Positions 52,253-64,000 are shown, counted from the stretch's first letter. The stretch: DNA of 64,000 nt from Octopus vulgaris (GCA_951406725.2 OX597817.1:85374001-85438000); one strand, 5' to 3'. Notes: generated from the letters alone by a model not told the origin. Program-made: numbers and translations.

Positions 52253-52350
52253 GTCATTTACTTTTAATCTGCATGTTTGATGCAATCACTTGCCGGGGCA
52301 CACCCAGCACTCTAGGGCAAGTGAAGGTTAAGAGTTGTTGAAATATAGCT
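52253..52350 (-). mobile_element. R4/Dong-type LINE extreme 3' end between (TTA)n arrays
   Basis: Reverse complement matches the 3' UTR at 53260-53330 (ccttcacttgc...tgggtgtg...aaacatgcagat.aaaagtaaat). Confidence 0.7.
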
Positions 52351-52361
52351 GAAAGCTATTA

Positions 52362-52404
<43 letters not shown>

Positions 52405-52419
52405 CATTATTATTATTTT

Positions 52420-52720
52420 TGACTTCAGGTACTCCTGGAGTCTTGCATGTGTAGCAGGCTTGCTACTTGCAGCCTACAGCACCATGCTATTTGTTCTTTT
52501 CAACTACCTGAAACTCTACTGATTATTCTGGCTGTGCTAAGAAAGAAAACCTTTTGTAACAGCTCTACTGGTCACTCTGCTCCAGTTTCCTTTATATTCC
52601 TCTTGATGGCTTCTGACACTGTTCCCAAGGACCCAACAATAACAAGCACTATTTTCACCTTTTTTCATCTTCTACAGTCAGGCTAACTTGTATTTAAGGA
52701 GATTGTATACGTCTATATTT
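52420..52720 (-). mobile_element. R4/Dong-type LINE C-terminal fragment
   Basis: KMKKVKIVLVIVGSLGTVS..LLQKVFFLSTARII, with a (TAA)n tail on the minus strand. Confidence 0.7.
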
Positions 52721-52768
52721 TCACCACCTTTTTAACTATTTGTGGGTTAAATGGGTGTACAATTATTA

Positions 52769-52803
<35 letters not shown>

Positions 52804-52804
52804 A

Positions 52805-53328
52805 TATAACAAATACAAAAATCACCATGATAGAGTAGGACAATATTTACATTTGGAAAATATGTAAACACTACAAAATCAGCACACCTGCTTACTGGTA
52901 CGAACATCATCCTGAGCCAGTTGTTGAAGGTAAAACTGTCATTATCTTCTGGGATTTTCCAGTCAACACTGACAGAATGATCCAGGCCAGTTTACCAGAC
53001 ATAATTATTAAAGACAAAGAAGAAAATACTTCTAGACTCTGTTCCTGCTATTGTTGGTATGATAAAAAAGGGATGTCAGAAACATCTAGATAAGATCTGA
53101 GGAGAACCATGTCTCAGAGAAATCCAAAAGATTGTACTGACAAGTGCTGCCCACATATTTAGAGAAACCCTATCTATTTAAATGTCTATGTTGTATTAGA
53201 TGAAGATATTCCACTATTTCCCCTCCCCAAGCTTTCAGTTATAATGTAACATCTCTCATCCTTCACTTGCTCCAGGACACTGGGTGTGTCTCAACAAGTG
53301 GCTGTAACAAACATGCAGATCAAAAGTA

Positions 53329-53381
<53 letters not shown>

Positions 53382-53395
53382 TAATAATAATAATG
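52805..53395 (+). mobile_element. R4/Dong-type LINE 3' fragment (restriction-like endonuclease domain) with (TAA)n tail
   Basis: YKNHHDRVGQYLH / WKICKHY..WYEHHPEPVVEGKTVIIFWDFPVNTDRMIQASLPDIIIKDK..IQKIVLTSAAHIFR; internal deletion. Confidence 0.85.
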
Positions 53396-53399
53396 ATGT

Positions 53400-54060
53400 A
53401 GCTGTGGATTATCAGTGTCATTAGAATATCTAAAAAAATGCATTGTAGCATTTGTTCTAACTCTTTAGGTTCTCAGTTCAAATCCTGCAAAGATCTACTT
53501 CGCCTTTCATCCTTTTGAGGTCAATAAAATAATATACCAATGAAGTACTAGTACTAATCTAATTGACCAACCACCCCACTTAAAATTCCTGGCCTTATGC
53601 CAAAATATGAAACAGTATCTGGTAGCTAGCTGCCAGAATCATTTGTGTATTGGACAAAATACTTATTGGCATTTCTTCTAGCTGTTTATATGCTGAGCTC
53701 AAATTCTGCCAAGGTCAACTTTCATCTTCCAGGGATCAATAAATAAGTACCTGCCAAAGACTGAGATGATATAATCAGGCAGACCCCTTGCCTTTAAAAT
53801 TGCTGGCCTCGTGCTAAAATTAGAAGGAATTATTATCACTATTAATGTTGTTCTGAAGGCAGCAAGCTAGCAGAATCATTAGCATGCCAGATGGAATGCT
53901 TAGTAGCATTCCGTCCATCTTTACATTCTGAGTTTGAATTCCTCTGAGATTGACTTTGCCTTTCATCCCACCAAGGTCGATAAAATAAGTACCAGTTGAA
54001 CACTGGGGCTGATATAATCAACTCATCCCCTTCCCCAAAATTGTTGCCTTTGTACCATCA
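53400..54060 (+). mobile_element. Three head-to-tail SINE family C copies
   Basis: Repeated gcagaatcatt ... ctgagtt.aa(a/t)t ... actttgcctttcatcc ... ataaaataagtacc ... aaattgctggcct units at ~53400, ~53620 and ~53856. Confidence 0.8.
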
Positions 54061-54109
54061 AAGCCATTCCTACAGGCTGATCTTACGCCAATTCTTTTTT
54101 TTGAGAAGG

Positions 54110-54520
54110 CAAGTAATAATGAATGACTGAAGTTTCCTCAGCATTTATTTCTTCCTTTATATTTCATGAACATTCCTTAGAATTGAGCTGTTTCTGACAG
54201 TACCAGCTTCTGAAGAATTTCTGTATGCACCTCAGTCTCAAATTTCTCAATCCATATTTCTATTTCAGTTGTTACCATCCCTAAGGTACATTAATACTGC
54301 TATCATTCCAACCTTTTTCATGCCCACATTTTGTAAACATCTCTCTTCATATTTTGATAACCTTTAATCTTTTTCCTTTTACACCCTCTTTCTTATTCCC
54401 TAGTGATGCTATATCATTTATCAGTAACGTCTTTTCTCTTTTCCAAACGGTAACAATATTCAGATTTTGTAATCACTTTCGATGCTGAAGTCCCAAAAGA
54501 GCTTCTGACTTTACCACTAG
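54110..54520 (-). mobile_element. Degenerate R4/Dong-type endonuclease-domain fragment
   Basis: KLFWDFSIESD..YQNMKRDVYKMW..TLGMVT..ILQKLVLSETA. Confidence 0.6.
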
Positions 54521-54690
54521 GTTATATTGGTACTCATACCACCTTTCTTTTCTGCTATGCTTATATATCTTGTACAACTTCCAGTGCACAATACCAGTGG
54601 TATTATCATCTCTTCTTTATTTTTTTTTGTTGCTATTATTATCATTATTATTATCATTATTATTATTATTATTATTATTACTACTACTAC

Positions 54691-54753
<63 letters not shown>

Positions 54754-54796
54754 TACTACTACTACTATTATTATTATCATTATTATGATTATTATT

Positions 54797-55650
54797 ATGG
54801 CAGCAAGCTAGCCGAATCATTAGCACACCAGGCATAATGCTTGGCAGTATTTTGTCCATCCTTACATTCTGAGTTCAAATTTTGCCATGGTCAACTTTGC
54901 CTTTCATCTTTTCAGGATCGATAAAATAAGTACCTGTCAAGCACTAGGGTTAATGTAATCAACTAGCCCCCTATCCAAAAATTTCAGACCTTGTGCCTAT
55001 AATAGAAAGGATTACTATTATTGTTGTTGTTGTCCTTCTACTTCTTTTAGGTGGCAAACCAGCAGAATTGTTAGCACACCAGGCAAATGCTTAGCAGTAC
55101 TTTATCTGTCTATACCTTCTGAGTTCAAATTCTACCAAGGTTGGCTTTGCCTTTCATCCTTTCAAGGCCAATAAAATTAGTACCAATTGAACATTCGGCA
55201 GGGTCAATGTAGTCAACTTACCCTCTCCCCTGAAATTGTTAGCCTTGTACCAAAATTTGAAACTATTATTATTATTAAGGCAGCAAGCTGGACAAAATGT
55301 TTAGCAGCATTTCTTCCAGCATTTTACATTCTGACCATTCAGGGTCAATAAACAAGTACTGGTTTAACACTGGGATTGATGTATTGAACTTTTTCTTCCC
55401 CACTTAAAATTGCTGGCCTTGTGCCAAATTTAAAAAGGATCATTATTATTACTATCATTATTATTATTAAGGTGGCTTAGCGGTATTTTGTCTGTCTTCA
55501 CATTCTGAATTCAAATTTTGTTGAGGTCAACTTTGCCTTTCATCATTTTGGGGTCAATGAATTAAGTACCAGTGAAACACTGGGGCCAATGTAATTGACT
55601 AGTCCCCTCCTCACAAATTTCAGACCTTGTGCCTATAGTAGAAAGAGTTA
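54797..55650 (+). mobile_element. Four head-to-tail SINE family C copies separated by (TTA)n
   Basis: Units start at ~54797, ~55048, ~55277 and ~55468; shared ttctgagttcaaatt ... ctttgcctttcatc ... ataa..taagtacc ... ccttgtgcc. Confidence 0.85.
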
Positions 55651-56159
55651 TTATTGTTATAAACAGACACACAAGTCAGGTGCAGGATGATGAACAAAAC
55701 ACCCATGTTTCCAGAGGTGAATTATTCAAATCCAAAAAATCCCTCTTAAAACATGCTCCTCCACTACACCTGCTCATGATCAGCAATGCACATATTGTCA
55801 GTCACTAAGAGACATACTCAACTGGTTAATGTCAAGCAACTGACAAGCAAATTAGGGTGTAGATGGAGGTATTGTCCTCGAGTGAATTTATTGTATAGAC
55901 GATGGAAGTGGTGAAAATGGCAAGAGTGGATGGCACCACATAATTATATGTGTAGACTGTGAGTCAAAGAATAAAATTGGAGAGATCGCTTGTCCTTGCC
56001 ATTCAGGGAAATCTTGGATAGTGAGATTCTTTGATTAGCCCAAGAAGCCTATTTGTATTGCATCCATATCATCATTCATTTGATTTTATTATTTTATGTT
56101 GTATACCATGTATACTTGCTTTCATGGCTCTTGTCAATTTTTTATACTCTCTTTTGCCT

Positions 56160-56550
56160 TTTATCTTTTACTTGTTTCGATCATTAGACTGCAGCAATGC
56201 TGGGGTACCACCTTGAAAAAATTTTTAGTTAAAAGAATCAACCCCAGTATTTATTTTTTGTTAAGCCTGGTACTTATTCTATTGGTCTCTATTACCAAAC
56301 CGCTAAGTTATGGGAATGTAAACACACCAACACTGGTTGTCTAGCAGAGTTGGGGAAACAAACACAAACACAAAGACACACACACATACATATGATAACT
56401 TCTTTCAGTTTCCATCTACCAAATCCACTCACAATCCTTTGGTCAGCCCAAGTTATAGCAGAAGATATTTGTCCAACATGCCAGGCAGTGTGACTAAGCT
56501 CAGAACCAACTGGATGGGAAGCAAGCTTCTTATCACATAGCCATACCTGT
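56160..56550 (-). mobile_element. SINE family A, full length
   Basis: Tail, short (CA)n and head collinear with 31912-32280. Confidence 0.85.
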
Positions 56551-56754
56551 ACCTATTTAGTCTTTTAATAATTATATGTTAGATTGCCATCCTTAGTCAC
56601 ATTTTCCTTTCAACTACACAAAGATGTGTAATTTTTGTGTACCTCAACAAGTGCGGTTAGAGTCACAGTTTTATTGTTGCTCTTCTTTCTCCAGCTGAGA
56701 GAGTTATGTATTTCTTCAACTGCAAGACACCTATTTCTGTCCCTCTATTCATAT

Positions 56755-56990
56755 TCTTATTTCTTTATTGCCCACAAGGGGCTAGACACAAAGGGGACAA
56801 ACAAGGATAGACAAACGGATTAAGTCGATTATATCAACCCCAGTGCGTAACTGATACTTTATTTATTGACCTGGAGGGATGAAAGGTAAAGTCGACCTCG
56901 GTGGAATTTGAACTCAGAACGTAGCGGCAGATGAAATACCGCTAAGCATTTTGCCCGGCATGCTAACATTTCTGCTAGCTCACCGCCTTC
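56755..56990 (-). mobile_element. SINE family C, young copy with a different tail
   Basis: Minus strand aaggcggtgagctagcagaa...ttctgagttcaaattccaccgaggtcgactttacctttcatcc...gcccc ttgtgggcaataaagaaataagaata. Confidence 0.82.
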
Positions 56991-57354
56991 CTCTATGCAT
57001 CACCTGCACTAAGCTACCTTCCTCAATACTACTTCCTGCTCGGGGAAAGGTCTTGTCTTGCAATTTTCTTGGTGACTTCACAACTGCTGGTACCATGTAA
57101 GTAGGACCCAGTATACTCCTGTAAAATGGTTGGCATTAGGAAAGGCATCCAGCCATAGAAACCATGCAGAAGTAGATAGTAGAGCTTGGTGTAGTCTTCT
57201 CTCCAAGCTGTCTGACCCATGCCAGCACTGAAGGAGGATATTAAATGATGATGAGGAGGAGGATGTTGATGATGACAATGCTGAAGATGATGATTTCTAA
57301 CATCATGAAATATTGTTGTCTTGGTAAGATGTGTGTGTGTGTGTGGGGGCGGTA

Positions 57355-57920
57355 TTTGGTTGTCCAGAAAGTTCATGCTGATTTTTAAAGGAAAGAAAAA
57401 GGTCAATAAATACTTGCCATTACATTTTTAATCAACCAAATATGAACCATTTTGTTGCACAATGCGTCTCCATCTTTCCTTTAACTTGAAAATACCCTCT
57501 TCCCAGAAATGAGGTGGTTTCATGGCAAAGAATTCATCAAGGTATCTTTTTACGTCATCCAAGGAATTGAAATTTTTACCATTAAGACTATTCTGCAGAG
57601 ACCTGAATAAGTGAAAATCTGAAGGAGCAATATCTGGTGAATATGGAGGGTGGGGTAACACATCCCAGCCGAGCTGCAGCAATTTTTGTCTGGTTCCCAA
57701 AGCATCAAGTGCCGAAAATGAACTTTTTTATCTTCCATTTTAAAGGGTTAAAGAATTAACACAGGTTATAGGAACATAAACCTTCTTCCACGAAAAGATA
57801 GCTTAAACTGTGCTCTAAATGGAGGTGTAGTAAAATCCTATTTTATGGACTCAACCATGTTCTAAAATAAGTCGAAAGGCAAGCTACTATAAATCGGCAC
57901 GAAGTTTCCGGACAACTCAA
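57355..57920 (-). mobile_element. Internally deleted mariner (566 bp) with TA target duplication
   Basis: TA at 57353-54 and 57921-22; 30-bp TIRs (24/30). N-terminal MEDKKVHFRHLMLW is fused out of frame to GWDVLPHPPYSPDIAPSDFHLFRSLQNSL. Confidence 0.93.
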
Positions 57921-57938
57921 TATATGTATGTATGTGTG

Positions 57939-57974
<36 letters not shown>

Positions 57975-57977
<3 letters not shown>

Positions 57978-58270
57978 CTATATTGCTGAGATGAAGAATT
58001 TATGTTATGTGTACTGCTTACGATAGTCAAACTGGTGTCCTCATCTGGATTGTTGCTTTCACTGCATTTTGGCTGTTGTACACTCCAGCCTTCTTCAAGT
58101 GTCTGGTGTTGAACTCATTTGTTGCATTGCAATTTCAAACCTAACCCTCTATTTGATTTATAGGGGTGCACTGTTCTCATTCTGCTCTCTGTGTTTCATG
58201 ACATTTTTTGCTTCAGTTGAATTACGTAAATTACCTTAGTGCCTTGCCTGGAATTGGACCCAGAAGTAAT
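57975..58270 (-). mobile_element. Diverged relative of the tRNA-hammerhead element, ending at (TA)n
   Basis: B-box-like gggtccaattccaggc; degenerate hammerhead gacac TTGAAGA aggctggagtgtacaacagcc AAAAT GCA gtg (58060-58103) sharing stem II with 45875-45920. Confidence 0.55.
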
Positions 58271-59034
58271 TATTAACTGACTGAAGCAGCTGCAACCTGC
58301 TGTAGGATACATTCTCAAAATACCTGGTACTTACTTCTAACAGCTCTATAAACTACATTTAAAATATAATACAGGACACTAAAAGTTGATTTAAATTTGA
58401 GACCTATTAAGTGATGCTTCAATACTTTAACCAATCATTTAATCACTCACTACATCCAAATGTAGAAATAGCATGAATATAAAACTAATTCAATAGCAGA
58501 GGTATATTAAATTTAGTGTCTTTGTGGTTTACTTTAAAATTGCAAGAAGTATATTTAAATTGCTTTGGTAAAACTTTGAAAAGAATTATAAATTATAAAT
58601 GACTTATTGATAGCATCTTCATAAGCAACATTTCTCTAAATGCTAACCTAAGGTTAGCTAACTTACACAGTTTCTTTATATTTTCCCTTTCATATCATTA
58701 AAAAAAAATCATCTCTCTAACATCTGCTCTGTGCTTATAGTTTTTATATTTTGCCATTCATGAAATCATAAAACTCAACATCATAACGTCTACTCAGTAA
58801 CACTATGAAGGCAGTTATACTTCTAACATATATATAATGTTCAGCATTCATAAAAATAAAAGAACCCGACTCCTAGTAATATTTTAATTAAGAAAACGCC
58901 ATCATTACATAGATATAGATTGAATATAGTTTGCTTTGTCAGAACCTCAAGACTATAGCAAGACAATCTCCTGCAATGTTATTGTTCTGTAGACATTCAC
59001 TAGTTTATATTGTTTATATATTATCAAATTTTCC

Positions 59035-59258
59035 TCTTTTGTTACTATATTTCAGTTGAAATATACTGCCACTTTCAATTAACTTAGAAAATTATAAAAT
59101 ATTTAATAAGGTAACTTTGTCATTATTAAGCCAGTGTATGAAACATGAATTAGCATGAAAATTTGATGGATGGTTTTTAATTTAGATTACTTTAAAACAG
59201 GAAGTTTCTATCATAAAATTAAGAGTGGTGTCAGATGGATTGGAATCAAAGGGGTTAA
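59035..59258 (-). mobile_element. Degenerate piggyBac-type MITE (family E-like)
   Basis: Ends tcaaagggg|TTAA; body matches the reverse complement of 63043-63378. Confidence 0.65.
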
Positions 59259-61291
59259 AGTCATTCCTTGAGTTAATGATATATCATATGTCAGAGTCTT
59301 ATAGTTAGATATTGTTGTATAGTCTTTTTATAATACCCATACTGGAATCTTTAAGAGTTACTCAGTTCCTATAGAGTTTTAGTACTAGGACAAAAAAAGT
59401 CAAATAAAGGCTCAGCTGAAACTTCAGTAAGTTTCTAATTCCTTACATTGATGGAAATCATAGCACCTTCATCTGTGTACTTGACATCACTTACCAACCA
59501 CTTATCTATACTTAATTTCCTCCTCCTTATCTGACAAAGAATGTGTAACTATGTCACTTTCTTTAGATTGATGAAACTAAAGTGTATACACACACACACA
59601 CATACAAATATGTATATAATGTATGTATATTTATATATACACACATGCATACAATACACACATGCACATACACACATGCACACAACACACACACATGCCA
59701 CACACACACACACACACACATTATAGCATATATTTCTGTGGTAGTTCTGACATCTAATTTCCATGCATTCATAATCCATCATTCATCCTACTTCAAACAC
59801 AGATACACATTACATCCCCTACTCTACATGTGTATACATACACCCTAATGCATGTGTAATCCCTTTTCTATATACACACAGGCACATGATACATCACACA
59901 CATATTCACATACATATTTATTCATCTAATTATATGTGGGTGTGTACTGGACATGTTATGTAGTTATATACGCTATGCAATCACTAAATTTTAATGTAAA
60001 CAAATATTATAAACAAAACTGACAATGTTAGGGAAAAGTGGGTGTGTTGAAACCAGTACCCAAAGGTCAAAATATATTCAGTCTGTATATGTTTCTTTAT
60101 GAAATATCATCATCATCATCACCACCATCTTTATCATCATAGTCATCATCTTCATCAACATCATCATCCCTATCATCATCAACACCATCATGTTCATCAT
60201 CATCATCATTGTTGTCATCAATTCATTTGGTAATATCCTATGTTAAGTAATATGGCTCAATATTACAGTAGTTTTACAACATTTTATGTCTAATATCTCA
60301 TTTGAAACTCCAATAATTCTCATTGTTTGATCTTCTGCTATCAATCCACAATCCAGTTTTACTCAGTATGCAGCATCTATTCAGGTTTCATGTTTTTAAA
60401 TGAACAGCCATCTTATATATATATTAAACAACATCTTTGAGGCTTGGTCACCTTTTAATTATGGACTTAATAATTAGCTCCTTTCTTGTAGTGTGTGTTA
60501 TTTAAATAACTTTCAGCAAACAACTCTAATAGTAGTAGCACTATGAGAGTATGTGCTGTAACAGTTCATCACTGCATCCACCATTTGTTGGTGATTACCT
60601 GATGTCTCTGCACCACTCTGGCAACAACCTGCCAGCCCATGGGTCTGTTTGGATAGTCATTGTTGGGGAGGGTTTTACGAGATTGGAGAGAAAATCTTAC
60701 CTCAAACCTTTTTACAATATACAGAGGAAATGCTGGGACCATTCTTTGACATGCGGGTCCCCAAACAGCATGACAGTAATGTAAATTAAAGTGTTTTCTC
60801 CAAGAACACTGCATGCAATCTGGCCTGGGAATCAAACCCATGATCTGACGATTGTGATTGCAACCCCATAACCACAAAGCCATATACCTCCACTAATGGT
60901 CAATGGCAATTCAGTGTATCTAAAATGATGGTCTCTTATCATGCTTCTATGAAACTCACAGTACCTTTTGAGTACTCCCTCCTTTTTTTTACACTAAGAC
61001 TAAAGTTTAGTTGTTTTCCATCAGCTTTCTTTTCACTACATAGTGCATACCCTTATCATGTACTCATTCCTGTATTGACCAAGTATTACTGGCATTGTGT
61101 CTCCTCCATTACAGTGTACTCTTTAATTGTATACTCCCTAACCTTATATTCACTATTGTTCTGATTAGACATGACTGGCATTGTGTCTATCTCCTTACAT
61201 TGTACTCCTTTACTGTGCACTCATTCCTGTGCTGACTATAGACACTGTATCAACTCCCTTACTGTGTACTTATCAAAGTTACATTACTTCT

Positions 61292-61500
61292 TGAACTCTT
61301 TAGCATTAAAATTGACCATTTCTGACTCAAACATTTTACCCGTTTTATGTTCAAATTGGCTAGATCTGGCCTATCACACCTACCCTATATAATTACATCA
61401 TTGAAATCACAAAGTTACAAAATATTGCATAATTAATTAAAAACGATGTGAATAAATAAGCATTATAATAGATGGTGTTTTCTCAATGCTAAAGGGTTAA
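61292..61500. mobile_element. Second piggyBac-type MITE family
   Basis: tgaa|CTCTTTAGCATT ... AATGCTAAAGGG|TTAA terminal inverted repeats. Confidence 0.7.
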
Positions 61501-61717
61501 TTACTGTTTCATTTTCACAATTCTGTTTTTAAACATTACCTTTCTTTTAACCAAATTCACATTCTGAATTTTTTTTTTTTTCTTAGAAGCTCACTTTCTT
61601 AAGTTTCACATTTGTTTTTAAGCTTCTGTTTTGATTTCACTGTAATAAATAAGTTACTGTTATCATAGATTTTGTGGATATTATCTGAAACTTCTTTCTT
61701 CAAACTTTGAAGACAGA

Positions 61718-61911
61718 ACTCTGACAATTTGGAACCAACATTTACTTTACTCATACCTAGACTGAACACCTCTTGTCTGTCATTCTTGTAGTGTGTATTA
61801 TTTAAATAACTGATCAACTCTGGCAATTTGGAACTAATATTTACTTTACTCATACTTAGAACACCTCTTGTCGGTCATTCTTGTAGTGTGTGTTATTTAA
61901 ATAACTGATCA
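61718..61911. repeat. Tandem duplication (99 + 95 bp); partial third copy at ~60484-60564
   Basis: actctg.caatttggaac.aa.atttactttactcatac...ttcttgtagtgtgt.ttatttaaataactgatca occurs twice. Confidence 0.9.
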
Positions 61912-63042
61912 ACAACTTTTAGTGAACTACTCTATAGTAGTAGTAATAGTAGTAGTAGTATCAGGGTATGTGCTGTAACAGATTAGTAAGCAAAGGCCAC
62001 TATCAAAGATTTTGTATATATTATTTTTGTCAAGTGTAAAATACAAATGTCTGTTCTTAGCCAAGACTTTCCTTCATGGTTGTACAAAACTTTATCATGT
62101 ACAATCTTGATTTTGCTATAGATCTTTTATTTACCTTCTTAACTGATTAATTTACTTGAGACTTCTATAACCCACACCTCTTATTTTGTTTTTGCAACAG
62201 TTAACAGTGATGATATGAAGTCACTTACTTAGATATTGTTTTCCAATACAATTTGATTTGCTAAGTATGTGACTTGTATTATACTCACCAATATTAGTGT
62301 TTTAGAATCTCATCAAAAACTTCTACAGGTTCTACAACTTGTTTTCATCTTCTTAATTGATTAAATCACTATCAGCCACAAAGAACTTGTTTCGTTTGCT
62401 ATACATTTTCTCCAGTGCATCCATACTACCTGTAGTAATTTTGTGCTACTTTCTTTAATCAAATATGTATACTTTTACAATTATAGATTCTAGACTTATG
62501 ACCCTATTAATGGTTGAAACCATTTCAACTCTTTTACAAACAAGAATCAGATAATAAGTAAACACATGAGGAAATAAATGCATTAAAAAATAATAGAAAT
62601 AAAAATGTAGCTATCATATTCAGTGGGAAAGATAAAAGGTTTGGTATGATATAACCTGCTCTGAAGGAGCTTATGAACTCACCTGTATTATCAATATATT
62701 GTATATAATATGGAAATCTTCAAAACCATTATAATGTATAGCTGAGTTGAAGAAGAAATAAGTAATGCAGATCAGTTTTCATTGGCAGAAAATCAATCAA
62801 TCAATAAAAACAATGTTCATTGAGTCACTGCTTTGATCATTGCTTTATCAAGTAATCTTTACTTGAGCAGAACCTAATTTCTTTGTTTTCTTTTTTCTTT
62901 GTTAATCTAAATCAATTTAGTTTTTCAGTGTAAATGATAATTTAATTCAGTTTGTTGTTGTTGTTGTAATTGCTTATTTGAATACTAATATTTTTCTCAT
63001 TTGGAAAAATTAGATTTAGGGTTCTTTTTTATAAAAATATAT

Positions 63043-63378
63043 TTAACTCTTTTGATACCAATTCACCAATGACTACCACTGATTTTATAAGACTAATTTC
63101 CTGTTTTATAATGATATAAATCAAAATATTAATTTATGTTCATAACATCAGCTTAATAATAATAATAACGATAAAGTTATTTTACAAAAACGTAAGGATT
63201 ATTTGCCAACATAATGTGGCAGTCCTAGTTAAGATGAATGTTACTGATAATTAACTCCAGGAAACATTGTCTCCAGCTGGCTATTGACACGCTATTTTAC
63301 AAAATTCTTCATTATTTTCAGAATTAACTAAAACAAAGACATTGTTTTTCAGTAGGAATATGGGAACAAAGAGGTTAA
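63043..63378 (+). mobile_element. Family E-like MITE with a 103-bp nested insertion
   Basis: TTAA|CTCTTTTG ... CAAAGAGG|TTAA; insertion 63190-63292 flanked by the 12-bp direct repeat TATTTTACAAAA. Confidence 0.75.
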
Positions 63379-63436
63379 ATTGAAATTTTTAAAACATATT
63401 TTATAATTAATTACTGGAATTTGTTTTCATTTCCAG

Positions 63437-63565
63437 GCTGGTGCTGATATTGAGCTTAAAGATAATCTTGAAAAGACTGCATTACATCATGCCTGTAACA
63501 CAAGCTGTAAAGATGTAGTTGAAGTTCTCATAAGAAATAAAGCCAATGTTAATGCCTTTGACCAA
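63437..63565 (+). CDS. Internal coding exon of an ankyrin-repeat protein gene (AGADIELKDNLEKTALHHACNTSCKDVVEVLIRNKANVNAFDQ)
   Basis: Acceptor ttttcatttccag|G, donor CAA|gtaagt, 129 nt open in phase 0/0; ankyrin motifs GADI..KD..TALHHAC..VVEVLI..ANVN..D. Confidence 0.93.
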
Positions 63566-64000
63566 GTAAGTATTAAACTAAATCATTAAAATTCTTTATT
63601 TAATTTTGTAAATATTTATTACATATCTTGTAACCATGATGAAAAATGTTGTATTTGTTAGACTTTATTTTAACCTTGTTAGAAAATGTAACACTGTATT
63701 CCACAAATCCATATAGGAGCCCTCTTTTAACATTCCTATCCATTCTTCCTAACATTCCTATCCATGCTATCATATAGCATCATAAAAATGTTGATCAATA
63801 AAAATGCTCTTAAACTAACATAGTCAAAAGATATGTTCCTTCCTGTAAAGAAAAAAGAAACAAACCATTATTAAGTATTCAACTTTATCTTGATCCTTGT
63901 TAGTTTCCTGCTATTGCATGGAATTTTTGCAATTGTAGTAGACACATTCTGTAGAAACTCAAATAAAAAGTCTTTGTCCATATGGTGCCATTTATTTGGA

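Noticed and set aside
53400-55650. CRISPR-like repeat/spacer appearance
   Set aside because: Units are ~200-bp diverged SINEs with microsatellite linkers in eukaryotic DNA; no short identical repeats and no cas genes.
61599-61853. 84-aa ORF with an internal 33-aa periodicity, tempting as an ankyrin-length repeat
   Set aside because: Opposite strand to the gene, no ankyrin motif; the periodicity comes from the 99-bp tandem duplication, whose second copy has a 4-bp deletion.

Overview
AT-rich, microsatellite-laden animal genomic DNA; the repeat families point to a coleoid cephalopod, probably Octopus (inference). Only two host exons are supported (+ strand, 6476-6540 and 63437-63565). They splice in frame into consecutive 33-aa ankyrin repeats, so most of the window (6541-63436, 56,896 bp) reads as one giant intron. 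The window holds nested mobile DNA: Penelope-like elements (RT + GIY-YIG), CR1/L2-type, RTE and R4/Dong-type LINE fragments, Tc1/mariner relics, TTAA piggyBac-type MITEs and several tRNA-headed SINE families. Highlights: (1) 7-8 type I hammerhead ribozyme motifs, with those retaining both core strands antisense to the host gene; (2) a short tRNA-headed element carrying a hammerhead (45820-46103), a candidate Pol III SINE/retrozyme; (3) SINEs whose 3' tails match LINEs in this same window and whose internal microsatellites receive other insertions; (4) several near-perfect inverted repeats that would form long dsRNA in the pre-mRNA. Most ORFs in the supplied track are microsatellite artefacts. 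Repeat boundaries are approximate unless TIR/TSD or splice evidence is given.
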